DNA of 64,000 bases from Spirochaetia bacterium (lineage in GTDB: Bacteria > Spirochaetota > Spirochaetia > UBA9216). The translations under genes and the position numbers were made by a program. The notes below the pieces were generated by a model. It saw only the letters and a program-made list of their open reading frames with translations. It did not search any database and was not told where the DNA came from. Shown one piece after another: positions 39,180 through 49,603 of this stretch; the stretch's first letter is position 1; every line of letters starts with the position of its first letter. The stretch is from positions 416,001 through 480,000 of the forward strand of contig OZ223264.1 in NCBI GenBank assembly GCA_965140585.1, in the 5' to 3' direction.

Positions 39180-40940
39180 TTACTGATGAGCGGCGGATAT
39201 TGCAAATGTGTTTTTGATCATTTGGATGAATTTATCACTAAGCATCGGATCAAAATCTTTTCCCCTGCGATCCTGAATGAAAACAAGAGCTTCTTCCTCA
39301 GTCATGTTGCTTCGGTACGGACGTTTGGATGTAAGCGCATCATATACATCGGCCAGCGCTATAATTCGTGCAAAAACGGGAATATTTATGTTTTTAAGGC
39401 CTTCAGGATAGCCGCTGCCGTCCCATCTTTCATGATGATATCTGACTCCCTCGCAAATGTCTGAAAAATGAGGAATGCTGCCGGTAATGCTGTATCCGAT
39501 CTCTGTATGTTTTTTTATTAGTCTGAATTCTGCGGCATCAAGTTTTGACGGTTTATCCAGGATCTCTTCGGGAATACCGATCTTTCCTATGTCATGCAGA
39601 ACGGCTGAAATAATCAGCCGTTCAAGCATTGATTCGTCGAAATTTAGCTTTTTAGCCAGCTGCTCACTCAATCTTGCAACTCGTTCGCTGTGTCCTGCAG
39701 TCCATTTTGACTTTGCGTCAATTGCCCGTGAAAGCGCCATTATCGATCCCATCTGCATCTGGTTTCTTTCTTCAATTTCTGTAACTCTCTGAAGCGCAAC
39801 AGCAGCCTGATCGCCAAGTTTTTTTAAGGTCAGCTTTTCTTCATCAGACAAACCTGAATTCTCTTTTCCGGTTACAAGAAGTGATCCATAATATTTCCCC
39901 TGCATGTACAGCTGGATCCGGTAGGGCTCTTCTGTGCCGAAAATATTTTCTGTCTCAGGAGACCTCAATCCTGACCTGCTGATTTTGCTGTGACCTGCTT
40001 CTGATTTTATTTTATAAGTCGAATCTTCATCATTATAAACTGCAATAGCGACTCTGCTTCCCGGAACATAATCTGAAATTATTTCTGTAACTCTCTGAAT
40101 CAGTTCATCTATGGTTACCGCTCCCAGTACTGCTTTGTCTATACTGTTCATAAGCTCCATGGCATGATGGCGGGATGATGATTCCCGGTAGGTTTCGTCC
40201 AGAATCCGGGATAATACGCCGATTTCGTCATTTCTTGACAGTTCACCGCTGATACGATTATTTCCGTTCTGAAATTCCAGAGCCTTTTCCGCCAGGGTGT
40301 ATATAGGTTTTGTAATTCTTCTGGCAAAAACTATACCCAGAATGTATGAAAAAATCAGGAGGCTTAAACCGAATATTATCAGGTCGGGACGTTTTTCAGA
40401 AAGGTAATGGATAATACTTTTTTTTTCTATTGTTACAGAGTAGATAGCATTTATCTCTGATTCAGGTGCATTTATATATGCCGTTACTGTATCTTTTCTT
40501 TTGAAAAACTGAAAATCCGTAATCTTTATTCCTTTATTCAGAACCTGATTAAGAAAACGGTCTGAAGCGATGAAACTGTCCATGATGCCCGAATTATAGA
40601 TATTATGCATCTGCCAGTGAGTATCAGTGAAATTTTTAAAATAAAGTCTGAAACTGAATGGCTCAGGAAAATCTATGTACTCGGAATTTAAGAGAACCTC
40701 CAGATCCTGCTTCAGTTTCAGTCTGGACTCTTCGGGATCTGAGTCGATGTAGTAAAGTTCTATCTTCACTGCGATGTGCCTGCTGATATCTGTAAGCTGC
40801 TGTCTTGTGGATATCATTGCTGAAAAATAAAATGAAATTATTCCTACAATTAGTCCGAATATTACAAAATTAATGGTAAATTTATATTTGAGAGAGAACT
40901 TGGGTTTGGTGAATAAGTTCTCATGTTTAGTAAATTTCAT
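39180..40940 (-). CDS. Membrane HAMP/GAF/HD-GYP phosphodiesterase
   Basis: Two TM segments and HAMP; HSERV, HDIGK, HHERWDGSGYP and ADVYDAL motifs. Confidence 0.92.
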   Translation of the reverse strand: MKFTKHENLFTKPKFSLKYKFTINFVIFGLIVGIISFYFSAMISTRQQLTDISRHIAVKIELYYIDSDPEESRLKLKQDLEVLLNSEYIDFPEPFSFRLYFKNFTDTHWQMHNIYNSGIMDSFIASDRFLNQVLNKGIKITDFQFFKRKDTVTAYINAPESEINAIYSVTIEKKSIIHYLSEKRPDLIIFGLSLLIFSYILGIVFARRITKPIYTLAEKALEFQNGNNRISGELSRNDEIGVLSRILDETYRESSSRHHAMELMNSIDKAVLGAVTIDELIQRVTEIISDYVPGSRVAIAVYNDEDSTYKIKSEAGHSKISRSGLRSPETENIFGTEEPYRIQLYMQGKYYGSLLVTGKENSGLSDEEKLTLKKLGDQAAVALQRVTEIEERNQMQMGSIMALSRAIDAKSKWTAGHSERVARLSEQLAKKLNFDESMLERLIISAVLHDIGKIGIPEEILDKPSKLDAAEFRLIKKHTEIGYSITGSIPHFSDICEGVRYHHERWDGSGYPEGLKNINIPVFARIIALADVYDALTSKRPYRSNMTEEEALVFIQDRRGKDFDPMLSDKFIQMIKNTFAISAAHQ

Positions 40941-40986
40941 AAAGATAAATTATTACTTTTTTACTTATCTATCAATCTGCTGAATG

Positions 40987-41415
40987 TTAATTATTGTTAA
41001 TTCTTGTTCTTCCCTTATAGCACTCGGTGCATCCAAGAACATGCACATGTGTTTTCCCGGGTTTCTCGAATACCCTGGCAATCAGGAAGCTGTCAGACGG
41101 CATTTTTTTACGGCATACGGGGCATGTGCGGCTTTTTTCTGAATCCGGGAAACGGCAGTGAGGACAGCCGAAGATTTCCATCAGGCTGTCAGGTTTTCCC
41201 GGATATAAAACAGAATGAACTTTTTCCGACTTAGTCAGCAGTTCTCCGCAGAGCGGGCAGGGTTTTACCCGTTTTTCTCCATCGTTTTTGCTGCCCGAAG
41301 CTTTTTTTTGAACAGTTTCGGTGTTTTTTAGGTTGGACAGAAACCAGATTAACAGGAGAAAAATAATAAAAAGTACGAGAAGCACTGCAATTGTAATCAG
41401 GTTGTCGTTATTCAT
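40987..41415 (-). CDS. Membrane-anchored protein with four CxxC motifs
   Basis: N-terminal TM; CPLC, CPHC, CPVC and CTEC. Confidence 0.75.
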   Translation of the reverse strand: MNNDNLITIAVLLVLFIIFLLLIWFLSNLKNTETVQKKASGSKNDGEKRVKPCPLCGELLTKSEKVHSVLYPGKPDSLMEIFGCPHCRFPDSEKSRTCPVCRKKMPSDSFLIARVFEKPGKTHVHVLGCTECYKGRTRINNN

Positions 41416-41498
41416 CCTTAACTTATCGGTATTGAATCGACTGCTGTTGACAATTGTTTAAAGCGATGTGAACATAGAAAAAAATACGAGGGGATAAA

Positions 41499-42191
41499 TT
41501 GAAAACCGGTTCGGGAACTTTATATATAATTGCCACACCTATAGGAAATCTCAAGGATATAACACTTAGAGCCCTTGATACATTAAAGGAAGTTGATGTT
41601 ATTGCCTGTGAAGATACCAGGCATACTCTTAAACTGCTCAATAACTATGGCATTAGCAAACAGCTGCTTAGCTGCAGGGCTGCCAATGAAGCAAAGGCTG
41701 CGGAGAAAATAGCGGGAATCCTTGAAGAAGGCAGGAACGTTGCATATGCATCGGATGCGGGTACTCCGGGTTTGAGCGATCCCGGAAGTATTCTTGTAAG
41801 ACATGTCAGGGACTGCGGATTTGATGTAGTTCCCATCCCCGGGGCATCCGCCTTTGCCACCCTCACCAGTGTCGGAGCTTTTCCAGACAAGGGGGTTACA
41901 TTTGAGGGGTTTTTATCACCGAAGCCGGGAAGAAGAAGAAAACGGCTTGCTGAACTCCTTGAAAGATCGGAAGCTTTCATTATTTATGAATCTCCGTTTA
42001 GAATTATAAAGCTTTTAACAGATATTGCCGATCTATCTTCTGACAGGCAGGTTCTTGTAGGCCGGGAAATGACTAAAATTCATGAAGAATTCCTGGAAGG
42101 TCCTGTTAATGAGGTTCTTTCAGTACTGGAAGAGCGGAGCAGCCAGAAAGGAGAATTTTCTGTACTTGTTTCTGGTAAGAAAAAGAGTTAA
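41499..42191 (+). CDS. rsmI: 16S rRNA C1402 2'-O-methyltransferase
   Basis: ATPIGNLKDITLRA, CEDTR, SDAGTPGLSDPG, YESP and REMTKIHEE motifs. Confidence 0.96.
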   Translation: MKTGSGTLYIIATPIGNLKDITLRALDTLKEVDVIACEDTRHTLKLLNNYGISKQLLSCRAANEAKAAEKIAGILEEGRNVAYASDAGTPGLSDPGSILVRHVRDCGFDVVPIPGASAFATLTSVGAFPDKGVTFEGFLSPKPGRRRKRLAELLERSEAFIIYESPFRIIKLLTDIADLSSDRQVLVGREMTKIHEEFLEGPVNEVLSVLEERSSQKGEFSVLVSGKKKS

Positions 42192-42215
42192 AATATAGTT
42201 AAGAATTGCCGATAA
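42189..42215 (+). promoter_or_regulatory. Sigma-28 (FliA) promoter of flgM
   Basis: TAAA-N15-GCCGATAA, perfect consensus. Confidence 0.85.
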
Positions 42216-42239
42216 TTATATCGGAAGGCAGGTTCAGAA

Positions 42240-42524
42240 ATGACAATAGATAGACTGGGACCATTAGATCCGTTATCGAAACTCAATAAGTCAGGAAAAA
42301 CAGGAAAACCGCAGCAGGTTGATTCCAAGGATACCGTCAGTGTTTCTTCTGAAGCAAAGAATATGGGCGAGATCTACAGGGCAACAGAGCTTGCTAAAGC
42401 TGCTCCGGACATCAGAATGGACAGAGTAAATGAAGTAAAGCAGAAGCTTCAGGATCCCAATTATCTCGACAGCAAGGTTGAAGAAGTTGCTGAACGTCTT
42501 ATGGATGCTTTCGGCCTGTCCTGA
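42240..42524 (+). CDS. flgM: Anti-sigma-28 factor FlgM
   Basis: DTVSVSSEA and PDIRMDRVNEVKQKL...Y motifs; sigma-28 promoter upstream. Confidence 0.88.
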   Translation: MTIDRLGPLDPLSKLNKSGKTGKPQQVDSKDTVSVSSEAKNMGEIYRATELAKAAPDIRMDRVNEVKQKLQDPNYLDSKVEEVAERLMDAFGLS

Positions 42525-42605
42525 TTAAACAATTGAGAGACTTACAGCAGAGAGTGTATCATTGCGCTTTCTGCTTTTTTTTTCACTTTTTAAAGGAGTG
42601 AGTGC

Positions 42606-43754
42606 ATGCAGCATCTTAATTTCAATGTTCCGGTAAATATCAATATGGGTGAGGGCGTAACCGGAAAAATCGGTATCACGGTTGAAAAGGCGGGCGGACG
42701 CACGCTCATTGTCACGGGTGCTGATGTTATTGAAACCGGTCTTCACAAGCGTATTGAAAAAATGCTTGCGGAACGCGGTGTGGACAGTATTATTTTCAGC
42801 GGGATCGGCCCCGATTCAACCTGCAGTGTTGTTGATTCAATAGTTAAACTTGCTTCAAGCAGCAAGGCAAGGACCGTTCTCGGTATTGGCGGAGTGCGTA
42901 CCATGTCGATTGCCAGAGCAGCGGCCATACTCTCGCCGGCAAAAATCAGGATAGATGATTACCTTGACGGAACCAGAGCCGGTGTTCCTGCACTCCCTTT
43001 TATAGGCATACCTTCAACATGTCGTGATCCTTTCATGTTTAAAGACTCCATGATGCTTACCGACAGCCGGAACAGAAGATGCATGATAGTAGATACTAAC
43101 GGCGTTCTACCCCATGCTGTATTCATTGACCCGACGAATGCGGAAACAATGCCCCCTGCAACTTTTATTTTCACCATTCTCGACACACTTATGTATGCGA
43201 TAGAAGGCTACATGTCGGTCAAAAGCAATTTTCTTTCAGAAAGCCTTTTTCTAAAGGCTGTATCGGCTGTTGTTTCCTCCGAAAAACGGCTAGATGAGAA
43301 TTCTGCTGATAAGGAAGCCTTTGAAAAGGCCGCCAAGGCCGGACTTGTTACTTCCATGGGCCTGTCCATGGCCGGGCCGGGGCTCGGGGCGGCTCTGTCG
43401 ATGATAATTTCAAGCCGTTTCAGAATACCCAGAGCGCTTGTTTCGGCAGTGCTCCTTCCTCATATTCTTGAATACGGGCTGCAGGTTTATCCTGAAAAGG
43501 TGGCTCGTCTTGCTCCGATTCTGAATGAACCTACAGAAGGCCTGAATGTTGTCGAAGCAGCTCAGCGAGTTATTGATACAATCCGTCACAGGGTAGGGCT
43601 CAGACGTGTACCCATGCGCTTCAGTGAATTCGGTGTTACGATGGATGATCTTGGGAATATTGCCGAAACCGTTAAGAGTTTTGACTTTATCACTCAGCTT
43701 CCCGCACCTCTTTCCTCTGACGATATTATCGGAATTCTGAAAAACGGACTCTGA
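42606..43754 (+). CDS. Iron-containing alcohol dehydrogenase-like protein (degenerate)
   Basis: Fe-ADH-like sequence (IPST, P.AVFIDP, D...AIEGY, LLPHILEY) without GGGS or the His ligands. Confidence 0.78.
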   Translation: MQHLNFNVPVNINMGEGVTGKIGITVEKAGGRTLIVTGADVIETGLHKRIEKMLAERGVDSIIFSGIGPDSTCSVVDSIVKLASSSKARTVLGIGGVRTMSIARAAAILSPAKIRIDDYLDGTRAGVPALPFIGIPSTCRDPFMFKDSMMLTDSRNRRCMIVDTNGVLPHAVFIDPTNAETMPPATFIFTILDTLMYAIEGYMSVKSNFLSESLFLKAVSAVVSSEKRLDENSADKEAFEKAAKAGLVTSMGLSMAGPGLGAALSMIISSRFRIPRALVSAVLLPHILEYGLQVYPEKVARLAPILNEPTEGLNVVEAAQRVIDTIRHRVGLRRVPMRFSEFGVTMDDLGNIAETVKSFDFITQLPAPLSSDDIIGILKNGL

Positions 43755-43759
43755 TATTT

Positions 43760-44614
43760 ATGATTACGCTTAGAAAACTAGCCTCATTAAAGCCAGGAAC
43801 ACGGCTGCGCAAGATTATTGTTCTTCTGCAGGGCTTTGAAAAAGAGCTTGGTGAAGGCAGTTTCTCTGATGTCCTGTATTTCCGGGGAATGCTTCAGCAG
43901 CTGCTGGGCACTGTAGACTCACCGGAAATCAGTTTTGAATCAGGCGGCCCTCGGCGGGTTAAAGCCGCCGTGGAGGCTCTGCTTTCCGATATTGACGATG
44001 CTGATCTTCCGGTTCTGCAGAGACGGATAAACAGCCTCAGGCATCAGCTGCTGCTTGAAACCGGCAATTCTGCTGCAGACTGGGACCTTTTAGTGCCCAA
44101 TATGCCGGACCCAATAAAACTTCTGCCTGTCGAAGGGGCGCAGAAGCCTTGTCCGCCATCTGCCGGCCCGGGAGTCGAAATATTTCTCGATGATATACGC
44201 TCCCCGTTTAACCTCGGAGCCATTTTCCGAACTGCCGAGGCTCTAGGTGCTTCATGCATTATCCTCTCTCCTGACTGTCCTGATCCGGCTCATCCCAGGG
44301 CCAGCCGGACATCAATGGGAACTGTAGACCGTATACCCTGGAAGCGCATGCCCATAGAGGAGGCGGCAGAGGGTAAAAACGTCTTTGCTCTCGAACTCGG
44401 CGGAACATCCATTGAAAGTTTCAACTTTCCTGATAAGGGACTTGCGATTATCGGTTCAGAGGAGTTGGGAATCAGTCCAGCCGCACGGGAACTTGCCGGT
44501 AAAAGTCTGGGGCTTGTAACAATTCCGATGTACGGAACAAAGGGCTCGCTTAATGCGGCTGTCTCATTCGGGATACTCATGCAGCGATGGTCTGAAAACC
44601 TCCATATCAGCTGA
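43760..44614 (+). CDS. TrmH/SpoU family RNA methyltransferase
   Basis: DIRSPFNLGAIFRTA, GSEELGI and IPMYG...SLNAAVS motifs. Confidence 0.9.
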   Translation: MITLRKLASLKPGTRLRKIIVLLQGFEKELGEGSFSDVLYFRGMLQQLLGTVDSPEISFESGGPRRVKAAVEALLSDIDDADLPVLQRRINSLRHQLLLETGNSAADWDLLVPNMPDPIKLLPVEGAQKPCPPSAGPGVEIFLDDIRSPFNLGAIFRTAEALGASCIILSPDCPDPAHPRASRTSMGTVDRIPWKRMPIEEAAEGKNVFALELGGTSIESFNFPDKGLAIIGSEELGISPAARELAGKSLGLVTIPMYGTKGSLNAAVSFGILMQRWSENLHIS

Positions 44615-44654
44615 GAAGAATTTTATTCTGTATTTAATTGTTTACCAGTCTTTA

Positions 44655-46139
44655 TCAGTCCGGACTGTTTGCCCTGTCGGCATTGAAGGCAGCCGAGAGC
44701 CGCTGCTGTATTGCAACAAGCTGATCTTCAGAATGAATGCCGAACTCAGACATGATCTGCGGGTCTATCTGTTCAAATGTGATTTCACCTGTTTCAAGAT
44801 TACTCATTGAATTTGCAAGATAAACCGTATTAACTACATCGTTGGTGGCCCGTGGTGCCTGATTAGGTTCGTGATGGTATTTGATTGCATCAACTAGCGA
44901 TTCGGGGAAATTCCATTTTTCAGCAATCATACCGCCGATTTTAGCGTGGTTGAGACCTGCAGAGAGCTCTTCCATGATATCGCTCTGGAATTCCTTCTCT
45001 GAGCAGAACCTTGAGATTTTCTCAAGCAGGTTCGGATGAACGCTTGAAAATATGATTTTACCGATGTCGTGAAGTATTCCTCCGACGTAGGCATCATCAA
45101 GCAGCTCCTTCTTTCTTTTGAAGTTCTTTGCAAGGTTGTAGGAGTAGAAGGCAACTCTGTATGAATGATCCCACAGGCTCTTCTGATCGGTTTTAAGTAC
45201 TTTCTGTGTTCCATATGAGAACAGCATGTTTCTTATACCCCGGAGTCCTACCAGTTTGACTGCTTCAACTATATTATCTACCTTTTTAGGAAGCATGAAC
45301 TGGGCTGAGTTTACCACCTTCAGAAGGTCGGCAGTAAGCGAGGGGTCCATACTTATCTGTCTTGCTATGTCTGTAAGTTCCGATTCAGGATCATTAATCA
45401 GCTTCTGTATGAAAACGACATTCTCGGGGAACTGAGGGAGATCTTCAATTTCATCAACAACTTCCTGTGCAAGCTGGTTGAGGTTTTCAAGATGCACGTT
45501 GGCAAAGGGGATGGTTATTCTTGCGACTGTTTCATCGCCTTCAACATCGATATCAAATGCATCCTCATCCAGTCCGATCTTTTTCAGCATCAGTACCAGA
45601 ATAACAATCCCGAGTCCGGCGCCTTCCGAGTCATCCAGTACCGAGGACAGGGCTTCTTCCATTGACTCGAATGCGCGTGAACGTGCTATGCGGTCGTAGA
45701 CTCTCATCTGTTCCTTCTGGGATATCAGCGCATTGTTTTTGATGGATATTGAAAATGAATCACCCTTTGAGTGAAAAACTATCTTGATATACAGGCCCGC
45801 ATCTTTCTGTTTTTCGAGCCAGTAGTTAATGTTGTCGAGTGTTTCCTGTTTGAAGGTTTTCATACCTACCGAGTAATCTTCGGAGTCATTGATGTCGAGA
45901 TTTTTTTCAGAGAAATAGACACGCTTGGTGTTTGCTTTCTTCGCATTTACGGCAAGCTCTCTTAGGCAGTATGATATTCTGTCTTTCAGGGCTCCCTGTC
46001 CGAATTTTTCAAGGTATACTCCAAGAATTTCTTCCATGTACATCTCGGTTTCATGGGGCAGGGTATAGCTTTTGATCGTGACTGGAATTGAAGAAACTAT
46101 TGCTCGATTAATCTGGGCTGCGTCTACTTTTTTCGGCAT
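44655..46139 (-). CDS. HATPase-like plus HDOD domain signalling protein
   Basis: ELAVNAKKAN and GAGLG; DPSLTADLLKVVNSA, LWDHS, LHDIGK, WNFP and YHH motifs. Confidence 0.88.
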   Translation of the reverse strand: MPKKVDAAQINRAIVSSIPVTIKSYTLPHETEMYMEEILGVYLEKFGQGALKDRISYCLRELAVNAKKANTKRVYFSEKNLDINDSEDYSVGMKTFKQETLDNINYWLEKQKDAGLYIKIVFHSKGDSFSISIKNNALISQKEQMRVYDRIARSRAFESMEEALSSVLDDSEGAGLGIVILVLMLKKIGLDEDAFDIDVEGDETVARITIPFANVHLENLNQLAQEVVDEIEDLPQFPENVVFIQKLINDPESELTDIARQISMDPSLTADLLKVVNSAQFMLPKKVDNIVEAVKLVGLRGIRNMLFSYGTQKVLKTDQKSLWDHSYRVAFYSYNLAKNFKRKKELLDDAYVGGILHDIGKIIFSSVHPNLLEKISRFCSEKEFQSDIMEELSAGLNHAKIGGMIAEKWNFPESLVDAIKYHHEPNQAPRATNDVVNTVYLANSMSNLETGEITFEQIDPQIMSEFGIHSEDQLVAIQQRLSAAFNADRANSPD

Positions 46140-46295
46140 TTGGACTCCAACAGGTAATTAGAAATTTATCACAGACAAGTATAGTTTTCGTTGCTGTTAT
46201 ATGTCAATACAAAAATCGGGCCTATCCTTTAGTAAAGTCCGGGTTTATAATTATTACTGTTGAAATAATATAATAACGTCATTCAGGGGATTTGT

Positions 46296-47825
46296 ATGGG
46301 GAAATACATTCTTGCGCATGATCTTGGAACTTCAGGAAACAAGGCTGCGCTTTTTGATGATGAGGGAAAGCTGGTATGCAGCCGGACTTCCGCCTATAAA
46401 ACGGTCTATCTCAGCGGCAACAGGGCCGAGCAGTCTCCTGATGACTGGTGGAATGCTGTCTGCAGTTCATCTGCAGAAGTCCTTTCGGAAATTGATTCAT
46501 CGGCACTTGCCGCAGTGTCATTCAGTGGACAGATGATGGCCTGTCTTTGTGTTGACAGGCAGGGAAGGCCGCTGCATGATGCACTTATATACAGTGATCA
46601 GCGGAGCACAAAACAGGAGCAGGAGCTGATTGATATTTTCGGGATGGATGGGATCTACCGGATTACCGGCAACCGTCCCAGTTCTACATATACTCTGCCT
46701 AAGCTTATATGGATAAGGGAAAACCGTCCTGAGATATATTCCGAAACCTTTAAGGTCCTACAGGCCAAGGATTATATAAACTACAGGCTTACAGGCACCT
46801 ATTTTACCGATTATAACGATGCATCGGGAACCAATGCCTTTGACCTGAATAAACTCTGCTGGTCGGAGGATATCTTTGAAAAAACGGGTATCCCGCTATC
46901 CCTGTTTCCCGAAGCTGTGTCTTCAACCCATGTTACGGGAACTGTGAGTGCCGCGGCCTCTGCTGCAACAGGGATTCCCGAAGGTGTTCCGGTAGTAATC
47001 GGAGCAGGTGACGGCGGCTGCGCTACACTGGGAGCAGGTTCTGTCTCTCCGGGCAGGCCGTACTGCAACATGGGATCCACTGCCTGGGTTTCAGCTACTA
47101 CTGAAAAGCCGCTGGATGATCCACAGATGAGGGCGTTCACTTTTGCCCATCCGGTTGAGGGCTTGTACCAGCCCTGTGCAACAATGCAGTCGGCCGGTAC
47201 GGCATTCAGCTGGTTCAGCAGCATTATCAGCGGTAAGGCAGATGCTGAATCTCTGAATAAGATTAACGGTGAAGTTCTCTCCTCTCCGCCCGGGGCAAAC
47301 GGGGTTATCTTCCTTCCGTATCTGATTGGTGAGCGTTCACCATGGTGGAATTCCTCTGCTAAGGGAGAGTTTCTGGGGATGAATCTGAATACAAGCCGCG
47401 GTGATATGGGCAGGGCTGTAGTTGAGGGTATAGCCATGAATCTGAACCTTTCGCTTTCACTGATGACTGCTGTTTTCGGAAAAGGATTATCTGCAGAAGG
47501 GGCGGAACCTGTAATGTTTATGGGCGGAGGAGCCAGGAGTGAGGTCTGGCGGAGGATTTTTGCCGATGTATTCGGACGGAATCTAACGATTCCAGAGCTG
47601 CTGCTTGAGGCAACCAGCATGGGGGCCGCACTTCTCGGCGGAGTGGGTACCGGGGTTTATGGTGATTTCAGTATGGCGGAAAAGATGAACCCGGTTGCAG
47701 AACTTGTAGAGACCGACAGCAGCCTTAGAATACTTTACACTGAACTCTCGGATATTCTGGTAAAATCATACAAGGCTGTTGAACCGCTGTTTCAGGACTT
47801 TGATAATTTCAGAGACCGGTTTTAG
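46296..47825 (+). CDS. FGGY carbohydrate kinase (xylulokinase-like)
   Basis: DLGTSG, SGQM, DASGT, GAGD, FLPYLIGERSP and GGGARS motifs. Confidence 0.9.
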   Translation: MGKYILAHDLGTSGNKAALFDDEGKLVCSRTSAYKTVYLSGNRAEQSPDDWWNAVCSSSAEVLSEIDSSALAAVSFSGQMMACLCVDRQGRPLHDALIYSDQRSTKQEQELIDIFGMDGIYRITGNRPSSTYTLPKLIWIRENRPEIYSETFKVLQAKDYINYRLTGTYFTDYNDASGTNAFDLNKLCWSEDIFEKTGIPLSLFPEAVSSTHVTGTVSAAASAATGIPEGVPVVIGAGDGGCATLGAGSVSPGRPYCNMGSTAWVSATTEKPLDDPQMRAFTFAHPVEGLYQPCATMQSAGTAFSWFSSIISGKADAESLNKINGEVLSSPPGANGVIFLPYLIGERSPWWNSSAKGEFLGMNLNTSRGDMGRAVVEGIAMNLNLSLSLMTAVFGKGLSAEGAEPVMFMGGGARSEVWRRIFADVFGRNLTIPELLLEATSMGAALLGGVGTGVYGDFSMAEKMNPVAELVETDSSLRILYTELSDILVKSYKAVEPLFQDFDNFRDRF

Positions 47826-49549
47826 TTGCCGAAGTTTTTTGCCTGCATTGCAATCTGCTTAAGTTTTTTCTCAACCAGAGAGTTGAATGTTCCGGCGGGA
47901 AAGATTCCTCTGGCGTTTCTCTTTCCTGCAGTCATCCCGGTAAGGATTTCAATACTGTCATCAACTGTCTCTACCGGGTAAATGTGAAACTTCTCATTTT
48001 CAATATCATCCAGTATTTCATCGGGTAGGATGATGTTCTTTATGTTCTTCTCGGGAACAATAACGCCCTGGTTTCCTGTAAAATTGATTGTGCGGCAGAC
48101 CTTGTAGAAGCCTTCAATTTTTTCGCGCAGGCCTCCGACCGCCTGGATTTCCCCGGTCTGGCTGAGGCTTCCGGTCACAGCAATATCCTGCCTAAGCGGT
48201 ACTCCTGTAATCGCGGAGAGCAGGGCATAGAGTTCGGATGACGAAGCAGAGTCTCCGTCAATTTCGCTGTAAGACTGTTCAAAACAGAGGCTTGCAAATA
48301 TTGAAATCGGAAAATCACGTGCAAAGCTGCCGCGTAGAAATCCTTCCAGTATAAGCACCCACTTGTCATGAATCTCACCCGAAAGTCCTGCCTCGTGCTC
48401 TATATTGACAAGACCGCTTTCGCCCGGGGCAATCCTTGCCGAAATCAGTCCGGGGATTCCGAACGAATAGGGACCCTTATCCAGAATCGCCAGACCGTTA
48501 ACCTTGCCGACTTCGCTGCCGTCGACTTTCAGGTTCAGCTCTCCGCATTTGATGTCTTCAAGAATTCTGCGTTCAAGGAGGTTGTACCTGCCGGAGACCG
48601 CCGAAAGTGTCTTCTTAATGCTGTCCGCGTCTATTTCCCCGGATCCGGAAAAACGTTCGGAAGCTTCGGTTATCACCGGCAGGATCTCATTTATAGATGT
48701 GCTGAGCTTGTCCCTGTTTTCTGCCAGTGAAATACTGTGTTTCACAAGTTCCAGTGCGGCGCTGTCTGAAAGGCTTTTACCGCAGATGTTTTCAGCGTGA
48801 TTTCTAAAAATATTTACCGACATTTCAAGGTTGACTTCGTTGAGCGGAATAATTGCGTCAGTCTCTACAAAAAACTGAAAACTGTCGCGGAAATCCTCAT
48901 CTGTAGCATAAAACAGGTCGAACTGATTTTCGGTACCGATTATGATAATTTTCAGATCTGCATAAAAAGGGATAACGTCAAAGGTCCCTGCTTCGGGAAA
49001 GCCCTCTGAGGTTTTAGGGCTGACCGGTTCAATCATTCCGGTTCTGAGAGTTCTTTTGAGAAGGTCCCAGCTTTCTTCTTCGGCAATAAGATCGTCAGCT
49101 CTAAGGATCAGAACCCCTCCGCTTGATTTATGCAGTGAACCGGGTCTGATGTCCTGGATATTCTTTGCTGTAGTGCCGAACAGCCTTGCAGGCGTCGGGT
49201 GGTTTTCGGTCACAGCCGGAAACGATTTACTGTCTGTCTTGTCGGCGATTATTTCAGCTTCAGTTTCGTTCATTTTATGTACACGATATACCGGTGCCTG
49301 CCTGCTGAAGTTTCCCTCTGCTTTGATACTGTTCACCACTTCTACAACTGATTCGTATTTCTGACTTCCGGGGGGGCCGCAGACGAATATATTATATTCC
49401 TTTCCCCTTATACGCAGACCTGCCTCAAGTTCGCTGCGATAGGATTCATCCATCATTACTCTGAGGTTTTTATCGGTCTTTACAGCTTTTATATTTTCTT
49501 CTGTAACTGATGTACAGATATCGGTTTTCAGTAGTTTTCGGGTTTTCAT
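47822..49549 (-). CDS. Lon-like (S16) protease with degenerate AAA region
   Basis: GKVNGL, FEQSY.EIDGDSAS (Ser) and VGGLREKIEGF (Lys) motifs. Confidence 0.88.
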   Translation of the reverse strand: MKTRKLLKTDICTSVTEENIKAVKTDKNLRVMMDESYRSELEAGLRIRGKEYNIFVCGPPGSQKYESVVEVVNSIKAEGNFSRQAPVYRVHKMNETEAEIIADKTDSKSFPAVTENHPTPARLFGTTAKNIQDIRPGSLHKSSGGVLILRADDLIAEEESWDLLKRTLRTGMIEPVSPKTSEGFPEAGTFDVIPFYADLKIIIIGTENQFDLFYATDEDFRDSFQFFVETDAIIPLNEVNLEMSVNIFRNHAENICGKSLSDSAALELVKHSISLAENRDKLSTSINEILPVITEASERFSGSGEIDADSIKKTLSAVSGRYNLLERRILEDIKCGELNLKVDGSEVGKVNGLAILDKGPYSFGIPGLISARIAPGESGLVNIEHEAGLSGEIHDKWVLILEGFLRGSFARDFPISIFASLCFEQSYSEIDGDSASSSELYALLSAITGVPLRQDIAVTGSLSQTGEIQAVGGLREKIEGFYKVCRTINFTGNQGVIVPEKNIKNIILPDEILDDIENEKFHIYPVETVDDSIEILTGMTAGKRNARGIFPAGTFNSLVEKKLKQIAMQAKNFGN

Positions 49550-49603
49550 CAGAGAAAGATACTACTATAATCTTGTGAAAGTATCTATACAGCAGAGGAT
49601 GGC

